From Phyllobates terribilis (taxonomy: Eukaryota): a DNA stretch of 64,000 bases. The stretch lies in contig NW_027362771.1 in NCBI RefSeq assembly GCF_046119375.1, positions 116,374,001-116,438,000 on the forward strand, given 5' to 3'. The notes below the pieces were generated by a model. That model did not search any database and was not told where the DNA came from. It was given only the letters and a program-made list of their open reading frames with translations. Each line of letters opens with the position of its first letter. The stretch's first letter is position 1. This document shows positions 22,531-33,539 of this stretch, piece after piece. Made by a program: the position numbers and the translations under genes.

Positions 22531-23623
22531 ATGACAATTCCCTTGGAACGAAGAATGGCCATGACGATTGCCATCACCTTGGTGAATACTCTGGGGGCCG
22601 AGGCTAAGCCGAACAGAAGAGCCATAAACTGGTAACGGTTGCTCTGGGTCGCAAATCGGAGAAACCTTTGATGAGACTCACAAATTGGGATATGGAGGTA
22701 AGCATCCTGAATGTCCATTGGGGAGAGGAACTCCTCGGGTTCCATGGAAGAGATAACAGAGCGGAGGGACTCCATCCTGAATTGAAGGAGCCGCACCCGC
22801 CGGTTCAGGAGCTTGAGGTCCAAGATCAGATGGAGAGAACCGTCCTTCTTTGGGTCCACGGAAAGCTTGGAATAAAAACCCTTGAAGCGCTCTTCTGAAG
22901 GAAAGGGAATGATGACTCCTGTTGACAGAAGAGAATTGATGGCTTGGAAAAAAAACTGAAACGTGAGCCGTTTCCCTTGGAGAACGTGGCAAGAAAAAGT
23001 GATAATGAGGAATGGAGGAAAATTCTATTTTGTAGCCTGTGGAGACTATTTCCCTGACCAAGGCGTCATCAATCGCCGCTAGCCATGCGTCCCGGAAAAG
23101 AAGGAGACGGCCACGCACCCTGAGAGGATTCACAGGTGTGGATGTCCCGTCATGCAGAAGAGAATCTGCTAAACGGGATCCTGAGGTCTTGTTGGGGTGT
23201 CCCTTTCTGCGCCAGGATGGAGCAGGCTTGTATGAAGGCTTCCTTCTTTCTCTTTGGACTGGAGATCGGTCGCGCTGAGGTGGGAACCTGGTAGACGAGA
23301 AGGGATGAAAGGAGCGAAACTGCGGAGTCTGCCCAGGGTTGAACGGACGTTTGGGCTTAGGCTAGGGAAGAGAGGTGCTCTTGCCCCCAGTGGCGTCCAA
23401 AATGAGCTGGTCTAGCTGAGCCCAAAGAGTCAGGAACCCTGAAAGGGGAGACTAAAGGGACTTTTTGGAAGGCGGGTCAGCATTCCAGGCCTTAAGCCAG
23501 AGGATCCTATGTATGGCTATGATGTTGCTGCTGGCCCAAGCAGAACAATTGGAGGCGTCTAGGGACACAGATAAAAGATATTTCCCCGCGTGGACAAGCT
23601 GGTCCGCCATCCCCTCTGGAGGG
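22531..23623 (-). pseudogene. DIRS gag C-terminus and RT N-half
   Basis: ILWLKAWNADPPSKKSL; VRGRLLLFRDAW..GYKIEF; PKKDGS..ILDLKLLN..DIQDAYLHIPI..YQF.AL.FGLASAPRVFTKVM. Confidence 0.88.
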
Positions 23624-24243
23624 TGTAATGCAGCGGCATTACTGCAATGGTCAAGGGTGTGTTTTGGCTGACCATGTACCTCCCCCTCAGGTGACTGATC
23701 ACATGACTGTGACATCAGCTCAGTTCCTATGTGCACTGAAAGATATATAAACCCTGGTACTTTTGAAACAGGTGTGTGAGAGGCGTGAGGCCTGATCCCT
23801 GTGTGTGGGACACCATTAGCCAGGAGAAGCTGGAAGTGAGAGGCGTGAGGCCTGATCCCTGTGTGTGGGACACCATTAGCCTGGAGAGGCTGGAAGAGAG
23901 AGGCCTGGTGAAGCCTTAAAGACCCAGCAAGTTGCAGAACTGAGCTGAGTGAAGCAGCTAAAACCCGACAAAGGTAAAAATGCTGCTTGATGTGGACATT
24001 TATATTGTTACCTAGCTGAAGGCTGTATCTGGAGCCAAGTGGACATATCTGTTACTGCAAAGGCTCTTGGACATTATATGTGTAATATGCCGGTGAGCCA
24101 CTGAGATGGACTATGTTATGTGCAGTTTATGATGTGTAATAAACTGCTGGACTGTGAAATACCGGAAAGACGTTGCATGTGTGCTTTAATTGACCCGGTG
24201 AAGCGAGTGTCCCCCAGCGTGATGAATAACGCTACCGTACAAG

Positions 24244-24262
24244 TGGTTAGAGAATGCGGGCA
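24244..24262 (+). other. Primer binding site, tRNA-Ala(AGC)-like
   Basis: tggttagagaatgcgggca vs TGGTGGAGAATGCGGGCA, the complement of the vertebrate tRNA-Ala 3' end as recalled. Confidence 0.7.
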
Positions 24263-24601
24263 ACGGCAGCCTGGTTGCTAGGGGCAACGGCAGCCTGGTT
24301 GCTAGGGGCAAAGGCACAGGACGACGAGTGTGGATGCAAGCATCTTGCTGTGGCTCGGAGGGGTCACGAAGATTAAAGCATCTTGCTGTAACTCGGCGGG
24401 GTTACGAAAATTGTCGTCGCACCCAAACCTGGTTTGCTGTGGCTCGGCGGGGTCACGAAGATTAAAGCATCTTGCTGTAACTCGGCGGGGTTACGAAAAT
24501 TTTCGTCGCACCCAAACCTGGTTTTGCTGTTGCTCGACGGGGCTAAGAAAATTTTTCCGGGGAGAGCGGTGTGAAGTGTCTAGTGTAAACAGCGTACCGC
24601 G

Positions 24602-26640
24602 ATGGCTGTGAACGGAGTAGCAAATGAGACTGAAGCTATTGAGCGATTAAAGTGTCGGTTAAAATCGCAGCAGGTGTTTGAGAAACGTCTACAGGACATG
24701 GTGCAGGAACGGCAGGAGCTGTTGGCACCGTATAGACTGGCGGCAGTGGACCATTCTGTGAACTCTCCGGGGGCGCCAGTATTGTCCCAGACTGCCTGGG
24801 GAGGTGGTAAGAGATGTTGTGAACTGAGTCCTAAGACTGTTGCGGGTTTTTTTGTTAAAGTACCCCCTTTAGGTGTGGTTGTCCAAAAGGGGATTGAGTC
24901 TAAAAAGGGGGCGGATTCTCAAAAGAGCGTGGAGTATAGAAAACCAAAATTTGTTACTGGTTGTGGGTTGGTACGGCCTAAAAATGACAATTTGACCGTT
25001 GATAACGGGGTAGCTCCACTAGAAAGGGTTGACGTCAAGGTGGGAGGTGACTTGTTGGTCCACGACACCATGGGGAGTGACGCAGACCCCACAACTGACG
25101 GTGACGCTATGAAAGTAGAAAGAGAGTTCAGTCAGGAGGGGCTAGACGAGGGGAGAAAGTCCCCCACTCGTCGACTGTGCAAGGGCCACAAAAAGGTTGC
25201 TCCTGTATTCATTGCTGAAAGTGAAAATAAAGAAAATGTAATGCTGTGTGCCTTTGTTCCAAGTGTGGATCCTCCTTTAGAGGCAGAAGAGAAGGTGACG
25301 TTGCCAGTAGCAACCTCCGGTACAGTACTGAGACAGAAGGATCAGGAACCAACAGCCCTGAAAGAGGAGGTGGCCAGTCATGACCAAGAGCTGGAGCCTA
25401 TCAGGCAGCAGTGTCAGAGTGATGGGCAGCAAAAACTGGAGGAAAGCAACGAGGAAATCAACAAATGGAAGGAGATGTTCCAGAAAATTAAAGAGGACCT
25501 CCGCAGAATCCAAGAGGAGGTTGTTCGGTTGCAGTTTGACAAAGCGATGTCTGAAGATGAGCTATGCGAGATGAAAGATCATTTCTCCCTGGTACAGTTA
25601 GAGCTGATGCAGGAGAAGCAAAGGCTGGATGAGGGTCTACACCAGAGGGATAGGGAGCTATCTGCCTTAAAAGGGGCGCTGCAGGATGAAGTTTCTGGAC
25701 GTGATCAAGACCTAGAACGAACGCGCGAACAATTCAACCGGGAGCTGTGTGAATCCAAGAAGGAGCATGGTGAACTCATGAGGGAGCTGCAGCAATTCCA
25801 GGACCAAGTAAAGCCTCTAATGCAGGAGAAGGAGCGGCTGGTGGACTCTGTACCAGCGAGACCGGGAGCTATCCGCCCTGGAAGAGGCAGAAAAGAGGCA
25901 TGAAAAGTTCAATAGGGAACTGCAACAAACTAAGAGAGACTATGAGGATCTCCTCAAGGTTAAGGAAATACTAAAGGATGATAAGGCGGATGCAGAGCAC
26001 AGGCGTCAAGTGATTGAGACCACTCTGCAGGACACGCGTGATGTAAATGATGATCTCCGCAGAAAGACCCTAGGTCTGGAAGCTGAGGTGAAGGAGCTGC
26101 AGACGTTCTATGATAATCTCCAGAGGGCAGAGTCGTGCCTTAAGAAAAGAATCAGCAAGATGGAAGCTGAGCGGAAAAAGATGAAGGAGTCTATCGGAGA
26201 AGCCACAGACCAGGGCCAGGAGTTGGCCAGTGGAGATGGGAGGTATGAAGCAAATACCTCCTCGAATAAGGCGAGCTCGGATGATTCGGTGGATGTTAGA
26301 GCCGAGATCAATGAGCTCAAGGAGACGCTACAAGCCCATTTGAAGCAAGAGAAGTTTGAGAGACTGGCTGTTGAGAGCCGAGTGGGCGCATTGGAGACAG
26401 AGAGGTCTGAGAGAACTCTACTGTTAAAGGAGCAGTTGAAGCAGGAAGAGCTTCAGAGATGGGCTGCTGAGAGGCGAGTAGCTGAGCTAGAGGAAGAAGT
26501 TTTCGAGCTCAAAAGGTCGCCTGGCAAAGTATCACTCAGTGAACGAGGCCTCCTTGGAGAAGGAAAAGGGCAAACAAGTTGCACTTACTCCTTTATACCA
26601 TGAGAAGGTGGACCTGAGGAGAGCTAAGAGAGTGTTAACA
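24602..26640 (+). pseudogene. Cargo ORF part 1: unknown N-terminus plus cingulin-like coiled-coil rod (frameshifts near 25845 and 26590)
   Basis: TALKEEVASHDQELE, EEINKWKEMFQKIKEDLR, QRDRELSALKGALQDEV, RRQVIETTLQDTRDVNDDLRRKTLGLE resemble recalled cingulin/CGNL1 rod motifs; no introns. Confidence 0.75.
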
Positions 26641-27471
26641 GAAGATAAGTATGAAATGGAAGTGGTCAAGATGAAAATTCTTGAAGTGGTAGCTGTGAGT
26701 CCGCTCAGGTGAAGCATACAGGGTGAAGAAGCTGAAAGTCAGTTGCCCCTGAAACCTGAGCCAGATGATCGTTTGGAGACCACTGGTGAGACAGAAACCT
26801 CTCGTTACAAGTGCCTCATAGATGTACCCGAGGATTTGAGAGAAGAATGCACCAGTGAGTCCATGCATTAAGAGTTTAAGAAGGCTGTGGGAGCCCGTAA
26901 GGTGTACTTGACCTCAGAAGCTAAACAGCTGCTGGTCCTGTCCACAACCGAAGTCACAGTGAAGAGGGTGGCTATCCTAAGTGACATGCACTGGCGATGT
27001 ATTCACACGAAGCGGTTTCTCCAGTTGAAGACGGACCAAGCAGTTAGACAACTGGAGCTTATGAGCAAAGCTCAAAGTCTGCATGAAGAGGTCATCCGGG
27101 TGCCTGAGGCTCTGGTAACAAAGCTCATTGGGAGAAATGGCCGAGCCATGCAGATGATGGTAAAGAAGTCTGGTGTGATGAGAGTAAGCAGTCCACGTGA
27201 TCAACAGGACTGGATACCAGATGAAGACGGCATGGTGTCATTCTCCGCTGTAGGAACGGAAGAAAGTCTTGCATATATATGCATGCTGATGGAATACCGA
27301 GTGACCCACCTGCGAGAGGTAGAACAGTTGAATCTCGCTAGACTGCGAGTGGAAAGACAGAATCGCCTGAGCGGCAGAAGGTGGCAGCCGTCTAGAAATT
27401 GTGAGACCAGACAGAGAAAGGGCCCCCTAAATAACAGAACAGCTACAGCTGAAGTTAGGGACCTTTCATGA
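26640..27471 (+). pseudogene. Cargo ORF part 2: FXR1/FMR1-family fragment (KH0, single KH, following helix), with in-frame stops near 26710 and 26868
   Basis: KCLIDVPEDLREEC..H*EFKKAVGA..LSTTEVTVKRVAILSDMH..VPEALVTKLIGRNG..KKSGV..EDGMV..VGTEES..EY.V.HLREVEQL; closest to FXR1 as recalled; no introns. Confidence 0.85.
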
Positions 27472-27846
27472 TGTCCTGAGAGTAGTGGGCATGGGTTGAG
27501 AGGTAGTGAGACCTCCGGTAACTCAGGTTTGAGTGGCCCATACAAACGACCCAATAGAGTACGGGACAGTACGGAGTCTAACCGGACCTTAGATACTAGG
27601 GCGTGTGAGTTACACTGCTGTATTGACCGCTGGGAGCGGTGGAGGTGCGACAAGGTTACGACCTGGAAATGTGACTTGACAAAGTCAGTGACATTGACAA
27701 ATGGTAGGTCCCTAAGGAACAGGCTAATGTCGATGACTAATGTTCCAGGGGCTGAGCAGCGCAATTGTCAAGTACATGGTCTCGGTGTGAACTGTGGGTT
27801 ATAATGTGATTGTGTATATTATGTGTTCAACCCTACAAGTTTGAAC

Positions 27847-27860
27847 AGAGGGGGGGGATA
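27847..27860 (+). other. Polypurine tract
   Basis: agaggggggggata immediately before the 3' LTR. Confidence 0.8.
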
Positions 27861-28476
27861 TGTAATGCAGCGGCATTACTGTAATGGTCCAGGGTGTGTT
27901 TTGGCTGACCATGTACTTCCCCCTCAGGTGACTGATCACATGACTGTGACATCAGCTCAGGTCCTATGTGCACTGAAAGATATATAAACCCTGGTAGTTT
28001 TGAAACAGGTGTGTGAGAGGCGTGAGGCCTGATCCCTGTGTGTGGGACACCATTAGCCTGGAGAAGCTGGAAGTGAGAGGCGTGAGGCCTGATCCCTGTG
28101 TGTGGGACACCATGAGCCTGGAGAGGCTGGAAGAGAGAGGCCTGGTGAAGCCTTAAAGCCCCAGCAAGTGGCAGAACCGAGCTGAGTGAAGCAGCTAAAA
28201 CCCGACAAAGGTAAAAACGCTGCTTGATGTGGACATTTATATTGTTACCTTGCTGAAGGCTGTATCTGGAGCCAAGTGGACATATCTGTTACTGCAAAGG
28301 CTCTTGGACATTATATATGTAATATGCCGGTGAGCCACTGAGATGGATTGGTTATGTGCAGTTTATGATGTGTAATAAACTGCTGGACTGTGAAATACCG
28401 TAAAGACGTTGCATGTCTGCTTTAATTGACCCGGTGAAGCGAGTGTCCCCAGCGTGATGAATAGCGCTACCTTACA

Positions 28477-29283
28477 AGGGGCTAAGGAAGTAAGACCCTG
28501 ACAGAGGAGTTTATCCCAAGCGGAAATAGACTTGGCCACCCATGTGGAAGCGAAGAGAGGGCAGAAGGAAGCACCAGCGGTCTCAAATACTGACTTGGCA
28601 AGGGATTCCACCTGTCAGTCTGTGGTGTCCTTAAGGGAAGAACCATCTGGCAGTGATAAAATGGTCTTAGAGGAGAGACACGGATACCGGTGGGTCGACG
28701 GATGGGGACTCTGACCACCGGCTGACTAGCTCTGAACTGAAGGGATAAAGGATGTCTCGTTGTCTCTTCCCAGAAAAACGCTTGTCAGGATAACCCCAGT
28801 GCTTAGAGTGGACTCCTTCGAATTCCTTATGACTGGAAAACGTCCGAGGGGGACGCTTGTTTTTTTTTGAAGGAGACGGCATGGACCGGAGGGGAGCATT
28901 CGTCCTCCTTGATGTTGAGCATCTGGTTGACAGCTGTGATGAGACTGTCAACCATATTCTGCAGCTTGGAATTTTGGTCCTTATCATAGTCTGACTCGGA
29001 GTCTGACTCAGGAACGAATCCGGGTGACCTCTCAGGAGAGGACAGACCCGAAGGCAACTTAGAAGACGTGGATGGTGATAGAGATCTAAAAGAGGAAGTC
29101 CCCGATTTGTTCCTGTAAGCACGGCAGCTGGGTGCCTGCGAATCTTGCTGAGGAACGCTCAGAGCGGTGGAAGCAACCGTTAGAACGGGTAAACGTTCCA
29201 TAACCTGGACCAAGGATTGTGAAACTTTGGTGAGGTCTGATACGGACTGAGAAAGGGCAACAGCCCACTCTGGAGGAGGGGGT
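28477..29283 (-). pseudogene. DIRS gag middle segment
   Basis: RWSESPSVDPPV, typical of vertebrate DIRS ORF1; bounded by the TSDs of the two LTR insertions. Confidence 0.7.
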
Positions 29284-29571
29284 TGTAATGCACACGCCCG
29301 AACTGACTGGCGTGTGCGTGTTTATGTAGTGATTCCACTGTGCCATGAACCGGAGAGTGCCTGGAGGGGCGTAACTAAGTATCTGCCCGATCCGACCAAG
29401 GTCGTACGACGGCATACGACGGCAGTGCACCAGGGAGGAACCGAGCAGAGGAACCAGGGTCTACTCCAGGTCAGACACTCAGACACGGCTGTTGACCCAC
29501 ACCGGGGAATACAGGAACAGGCAGACTAGAGCACAGGCTGGGTAGGGTCCAGTACAGACTGGGAGACAAAT

Positions 29572-30118
29572 TCGAAACCGCAGACGCGGTAGACAGAGCT
29601 GAGCAAAGCGAAAACCGCAGACGCGGCGGACAGAGCTGAGCAAAGCGAAAACCGCAGACGCGGCGGACAGAGCAGAGCAAAGCGAAAACCGCAGACGCGG
29701 CGGACAGAGCAGAGCAAAGCGAAAACCGCAGACGCGGCGGACAGAGCAGAGCAAAGCGAAAACCGCAGACGCGGCGGACAGAGCAGAGCAAAGCGAAAAC
29801 CGCAGACGCGGCGGACAGAGCAGAGCAAAGCGAAAACCGCAGACGCGGCGGACAGAGCAGAGCAAAGCGAAAACCGCAGACGCGGCGGACAGAGCAGAGC
29901 AAAGCGAAAACCGCAGACGCGGCGGACAGAGCAGAGCAAAGCGAAAACCGCAGACGCGGCGGACAGAGCAGAGCAAAGCGAAAACCGCAGACGCGGCGGA
30001 CAGAGCAGAGCAAAGCGAAAACCGCAGACGCGGCGGACAGAGCAGAGCAAAGCGAAAACCGCAGACGCAGCGGACAGAGCAGAGCAAAGCGAAAACCGCA
30101 GACGCGGCGGACAGAGCT
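29572..30118. repeat. 37-bp tandem array inside the 3' LTR (~15 copies)
   Basis: Unit caaagcgaaaaccgcagacgcggcggacagagcagag. Confidence 0.95.
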
Positions 30119-30759
30119 CTGTTCACACGGAACAGACTAGAAGGGAAAGGCAGAACCAGATACCCACAGGGTACTTGCAGAGAAGTAGCGAGTGGACCAC
30201 AAACTCACAAACGGAAGTACAGTGACAACTAGCAGGAGTTAGGTACGAGTTCAGACTCTGCAGAAAAAGGAAGGGAACGGACATAGAGGCAAAACAGGTA
30301 AAGGATAGGAGAGAGTTCAGACTGGAACTGAGTGTACGGAGGAGACCGACACTGCAGCGGAATACAGGAGCGGGTCTGGGAATACGGCCCCAGAAGGCGG
30401 GAGGAACAGGCTAGGAGCGTGTTCAGACAGGACAGACAAGATACAGGAACGGATCTAGGTAATCGGCCCCTAGAAGGCGGGAGGAACAGGCTAGGAGCGT
30501 CTTCAGACAGGCCTAGAAATACAGCCTCCAGGATAGGCAGACAAGAGAACACAGACAGGACTCAGTTCAGACACGGGAACTGATACCGCAAGGCAGGAGA
30601 CAAAGACAGGACTCAGTTCAGACAGGGGAACTGATACCGCAAGGCAGGAGACAGACAGGACTCAGTTCAGACACGGGAACTGATACCGCAAGGCAGGTAA
30701 CAGACAGGACCTGGCATGTCAGAGACAAAAGCCAACTGACAGGGCAAGATGCTCCGGCA

Positions 30760-33111
30760 TCAGTTAATTGGGGCAGCTGGTTTAAATACCAGGTGACAGA
30801 CAGCAATAGGCTGAGGACGCACAAGGGGTGTGCCTGCAGCAGGTACAAAAAGCAGGAAGTGATCGGGCGCCGCCCTTAAGCAGCAGACACAGAAGCAAAC
30901 AGACAGCATGGAGGGAAGCCAGAGAAACACCCTGGACTGGAGATCAAGTGCGCGCTCTTGCACAGTGGGAGATGGACCACTATGCAAGGACGCCGCCAGG
31001 TATGTTACAGTACCCCCCCCCCCCTTACGCCCCCTCTTCTTCAGGCCTGCCAGAATGTTCCGCAGGGAATTCGAGGGCCAATCCTTTACTTCAAGGAGAT
31101 CACTTCCACTGTCCACTGGAGAAACTGGTCTCATCTGGTTAGCTAGGATGCTACCTCCTATCCAGCCATCCTCAGCAACAGACGAAACGGGTGGAGTACC
31201 AGGAACAGCACACAGGGAAGTCTCTCTCCACTTATTATCAGGTAGCACCCCAGAGGGTTCAGGAGACAACTGGAAGTCCTCCGCCGGGTTGGAGGAGTGC
31301 AGAGACTCGGGGGTAACCTCTGCTTCGGGGTACATCTTGTCAAACTCACAGGATGAAATGGGCGAGGTATCAGGTACAAGGTGTAGAAAAGTCCCTGTTA
31401 CCTTGTTATCTGGTGGCACCCAGGAGGATTCAGAAAACAACTGGGGGTCCTCCGCCGGGTCGGAATAGTGCAGAGACTCGGGGGTAACCTCTGCTTCGGA
31501 GTACACTAGGTCGGACTCGCTGGATGAAGCGGGCGAGGTATCAGGTACCGAATATAGAAGAGTACCTGTCCATTCGTTATCAGGTAGCACCCCGAAGGGT
31601 TCAGGAGACAACTGGAGGTCCTCCGCATGGTCAGAGGGGTGTAGAGACTCGGGGATAACCTCTGCTTCGAGGTACATCTTGTCAAATTCACAGGAAGAAA
31701 TAGACGGGTTATCAGGTACAGGGTGAGAAAAAGTCACTGTCTCTTTGTTATCTGGTGGTACCCCGGAGGAGTCAGGAAACAACTGGAGGTCCTCTGCCGG
31801 GTCAGAAGAGTGCAGAGGCTCGGGGAAAACATCTGCTTCAGAGTACACTAGGTCGGACTCACTGGACGAAGCAAGCGAGGTATCAGATCCAGGATATAGG
31901 AAAGTCTCTGTCCATTCACCACCAGGTGGCACCCCGAAGGGTTCTGGAGACAACTGGAGGTCCTCCGCCTGGTCAGAGGGGTGTAGAGACTCATGGGTAA
32001 CCTCTGCTTCAGAGTACACTAGGTCAGACTCACTGGACGAAGCAAGCGAGGTATCAGATCCAGGATATAGGAAAGTCTCTGTCCATTCACCACCAGGTGG
32101 CACCCCGAAGGGTTCTAGAGACAACTGGAGGTCCTCCGCCTGGTCGGAGGGGTGTAGAGACTCATGGGTAACCTCTGCTTCAGAGTACACTAGGTTGGAC
32201 TCACTGGATGAAGCAGCCGAGGTATCAGGTACCGAGTATAGGAAAGTCTCTATCCATTCGCTACCAGGTAGCACCCCGAAGGGTTCAGGAGACAACTGGA
32301 GATCCTCCGCCTGATCGGAGGGGTGTAGAGACTCAGGGGTAACCTCTGCTTCGGAGAACACTAGGTCGGACTCACTGGACGAAGCGGGCGAGGTATCAGG
32401 TGCAGGGTATACGGAAGTCTCTCTCCAATTGTCCTCAAGTGGTATCCCGGGGGATTCAGGAGGCAACAGGGGGTCCTCCGGTGTGAATTCTGGGTGGGCA
32501 GCAGTCTCTTCGGGCAGGAGAACTGGTGCACTACCCACGCACATTACCCGTTGGGGCTTCTCCGGGATACAGGGAGATGAAGCTTCAGTAGGGACTTCAA
32601 GGTTGGGGTCAGGAGGTCTCAGGGAGGACAGACCCTGGTGTGACGGCTTGCCTCTACGTCTAGCACGTCTGGACTGCCTCTTGAGGTTGGGAGAAGTATT
32701 CCGGAGAGTGTAGTCACCCTGTGAGGATTCTGGGTGGGCAGTAGTCTCATTGGGCTGGAGGACTATTGCGCTACCCACACACATTACCCATCGGGGCTGC
32801 TCCGGGATACTGGGAAGTGAAGCTTCAGCAGGAGCCTCCGGGTTAGGATCATCGAAGACCATTAGAAAGGCCACCAGGAAGGCCATTATGTCCAGGACGA
32901 TAGGATCCTGTGTTTCCCATAGGGGGTTGATCCATTCCAAGGCATCACCCGCTAGGTTAGACATAATGAATCCCACCTTAACCCGATCGGTGGGAAAACA
33001 AAGAGGGTAGAACTTGAAGTGTAGCATGCATTGCTCCACAAATGCACGACTCTGTCTTGGATCCCCATAGTAACGTGGCGGATCCGCAGGAACGAGAGCT
33101 GATAGATCCAT
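30760..33111 (-). CDS. Uninterrupted 783-aa ORF: Ty3/Gypsy Gag N-terminal domain (PEG10/RTL/LDOC1-like) plus ~8 acidic 57-aa repeats; reads into the 3' LTR
   Basis: PPRYYGDPRQSRAFVEQCMLHF..FPTDRVKVGFIMSNLAGDALEW..FL..F..VFDDP; 171-bp repeat unit (31841 vs 32012). Confidence 0.8.
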   Translation of the reverse strand: MDLSALVPADPPRYYGDPRQSRAFVEQCMLHFKFYPLCFPTDRVKVGFIMSNLAGDALEWINPLWETQDPIVLDIMAFLVAFLMVFDDPNPEAPAEASLPSIPEQPRWVMCVGSAIVLQPNETTAHPESSQGDYTLRNTSPNLKRQSRRARRRGKPSHQGLSSLRPPDPNLEVPTEASSPCIPEKPQRVMCVGSAPVLLPEETAAHPEFTPEDPLLPPESPGIPLEDNWRETSVYPAPDTSPASSSESDLVFSEAEVTPESLHPSDQAEDLQLSPEPFGVLPGSEWIETFLYSVPDTSAASSSESNLVYSEAEVTHESLHPSDQAEDLQLSLEPFGVPPGGEWTETFLYPGSDTSLASSSESDLVYSEAEVTHESLHPSDQAEDLQLSPEPFGVPPGGEWTETFLYPGSDTSLASSSESDLVYSEADVFPEPLHSSDPAEDLQLFPDSSGVPPDNKETVTFSHPVPDNPSISSCEFDKMYLEAEVIPESLHPSDHAEDLQLSPEPFGVLPDNEWTGTLLYSVPDTSPASSSESDLVYSEAEVTPESLHYSDPAEDPQLFSESSWVPPDNKVTGTFLHLVPDTSPISSCEFDKMYPEAEVTPESLHSSNPAEDFQLSPEPSGVLPDNKWRETSLCAVPGTPPVSSVAEDGWIGGSILANQMRPVSPVDSGSDLLEVKDWPSNSLRNILAGLKKRGRKGGGGTVTYLAASLHSGPSPTVQERALDLQSRVFLWLPSMLSVCFCVCCLRAAPDHFLLFVPAAGTPLVRPQPIAVCHLVFKPAAPIN

Positions 33112-33539
33112 CTGGACGGGTGCGTAATTCGCCTGGAACTCAGCTAGAGAAAAAAAAATAAATTTTATTTATTTTTAATGCACATATTCGCTGGAAAAAG
33201 TCTCAGAGAGCGAAGGCCGTGGGGCTCAACGGGAACCATGGCCTGAGCATGCTGTAATGCACACGCCCGAACTGACTGGCGTGTGCGTGTTTATGTAGTG
33301 ATTCCACTGTGCCATGAACCGGAGAGTGCCTGGAGGGGCGTAACTAAGTATCTGCCCGATCCGACCAAGGTCGCACGACGGCATACGACGCCAGTGCACC
33401 AGGGAGGAACCGAGCAGAGGAACCAGGGTCTACTCCAGGTCAGACTCCGGACACGGCTGTTGACCCACACCGGGGAATACAGGAACAGGCAGACTAGAGC
33501 GCAGGCTGGGTAGGGTCCAGTACAGACTGGGAGACAAAT

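Larger units (their letters stand above)
23624..28476 (+). mobile_element. Non-autonomous LTR retroelement carrying cingulin-like plus FXR1-like cargo
   Basis: LTRs 23624-24241 and 27861-28476 (TG..CA, roughly 20 differences by eye); 4-bp TSD AGGG; PBS; PPT; no RT/IN motifs inside. Confidence 0.92.

Noticed and set aside
24602-27471. A genuine host CGN, CGNL1 or FXR1 locus
   Set aside because: Intronless, partial, fused, frameshifted and bounded by LTRs with PBS, PPT and TSD, so no gene symbol was assigned.
29471-30126. Long Cys/Arg-rich ORFs (CPPRLRFSLCSALS..), also 33291-34126
   Set aside because: Stop-free translations of the 37-bp array in all frames.
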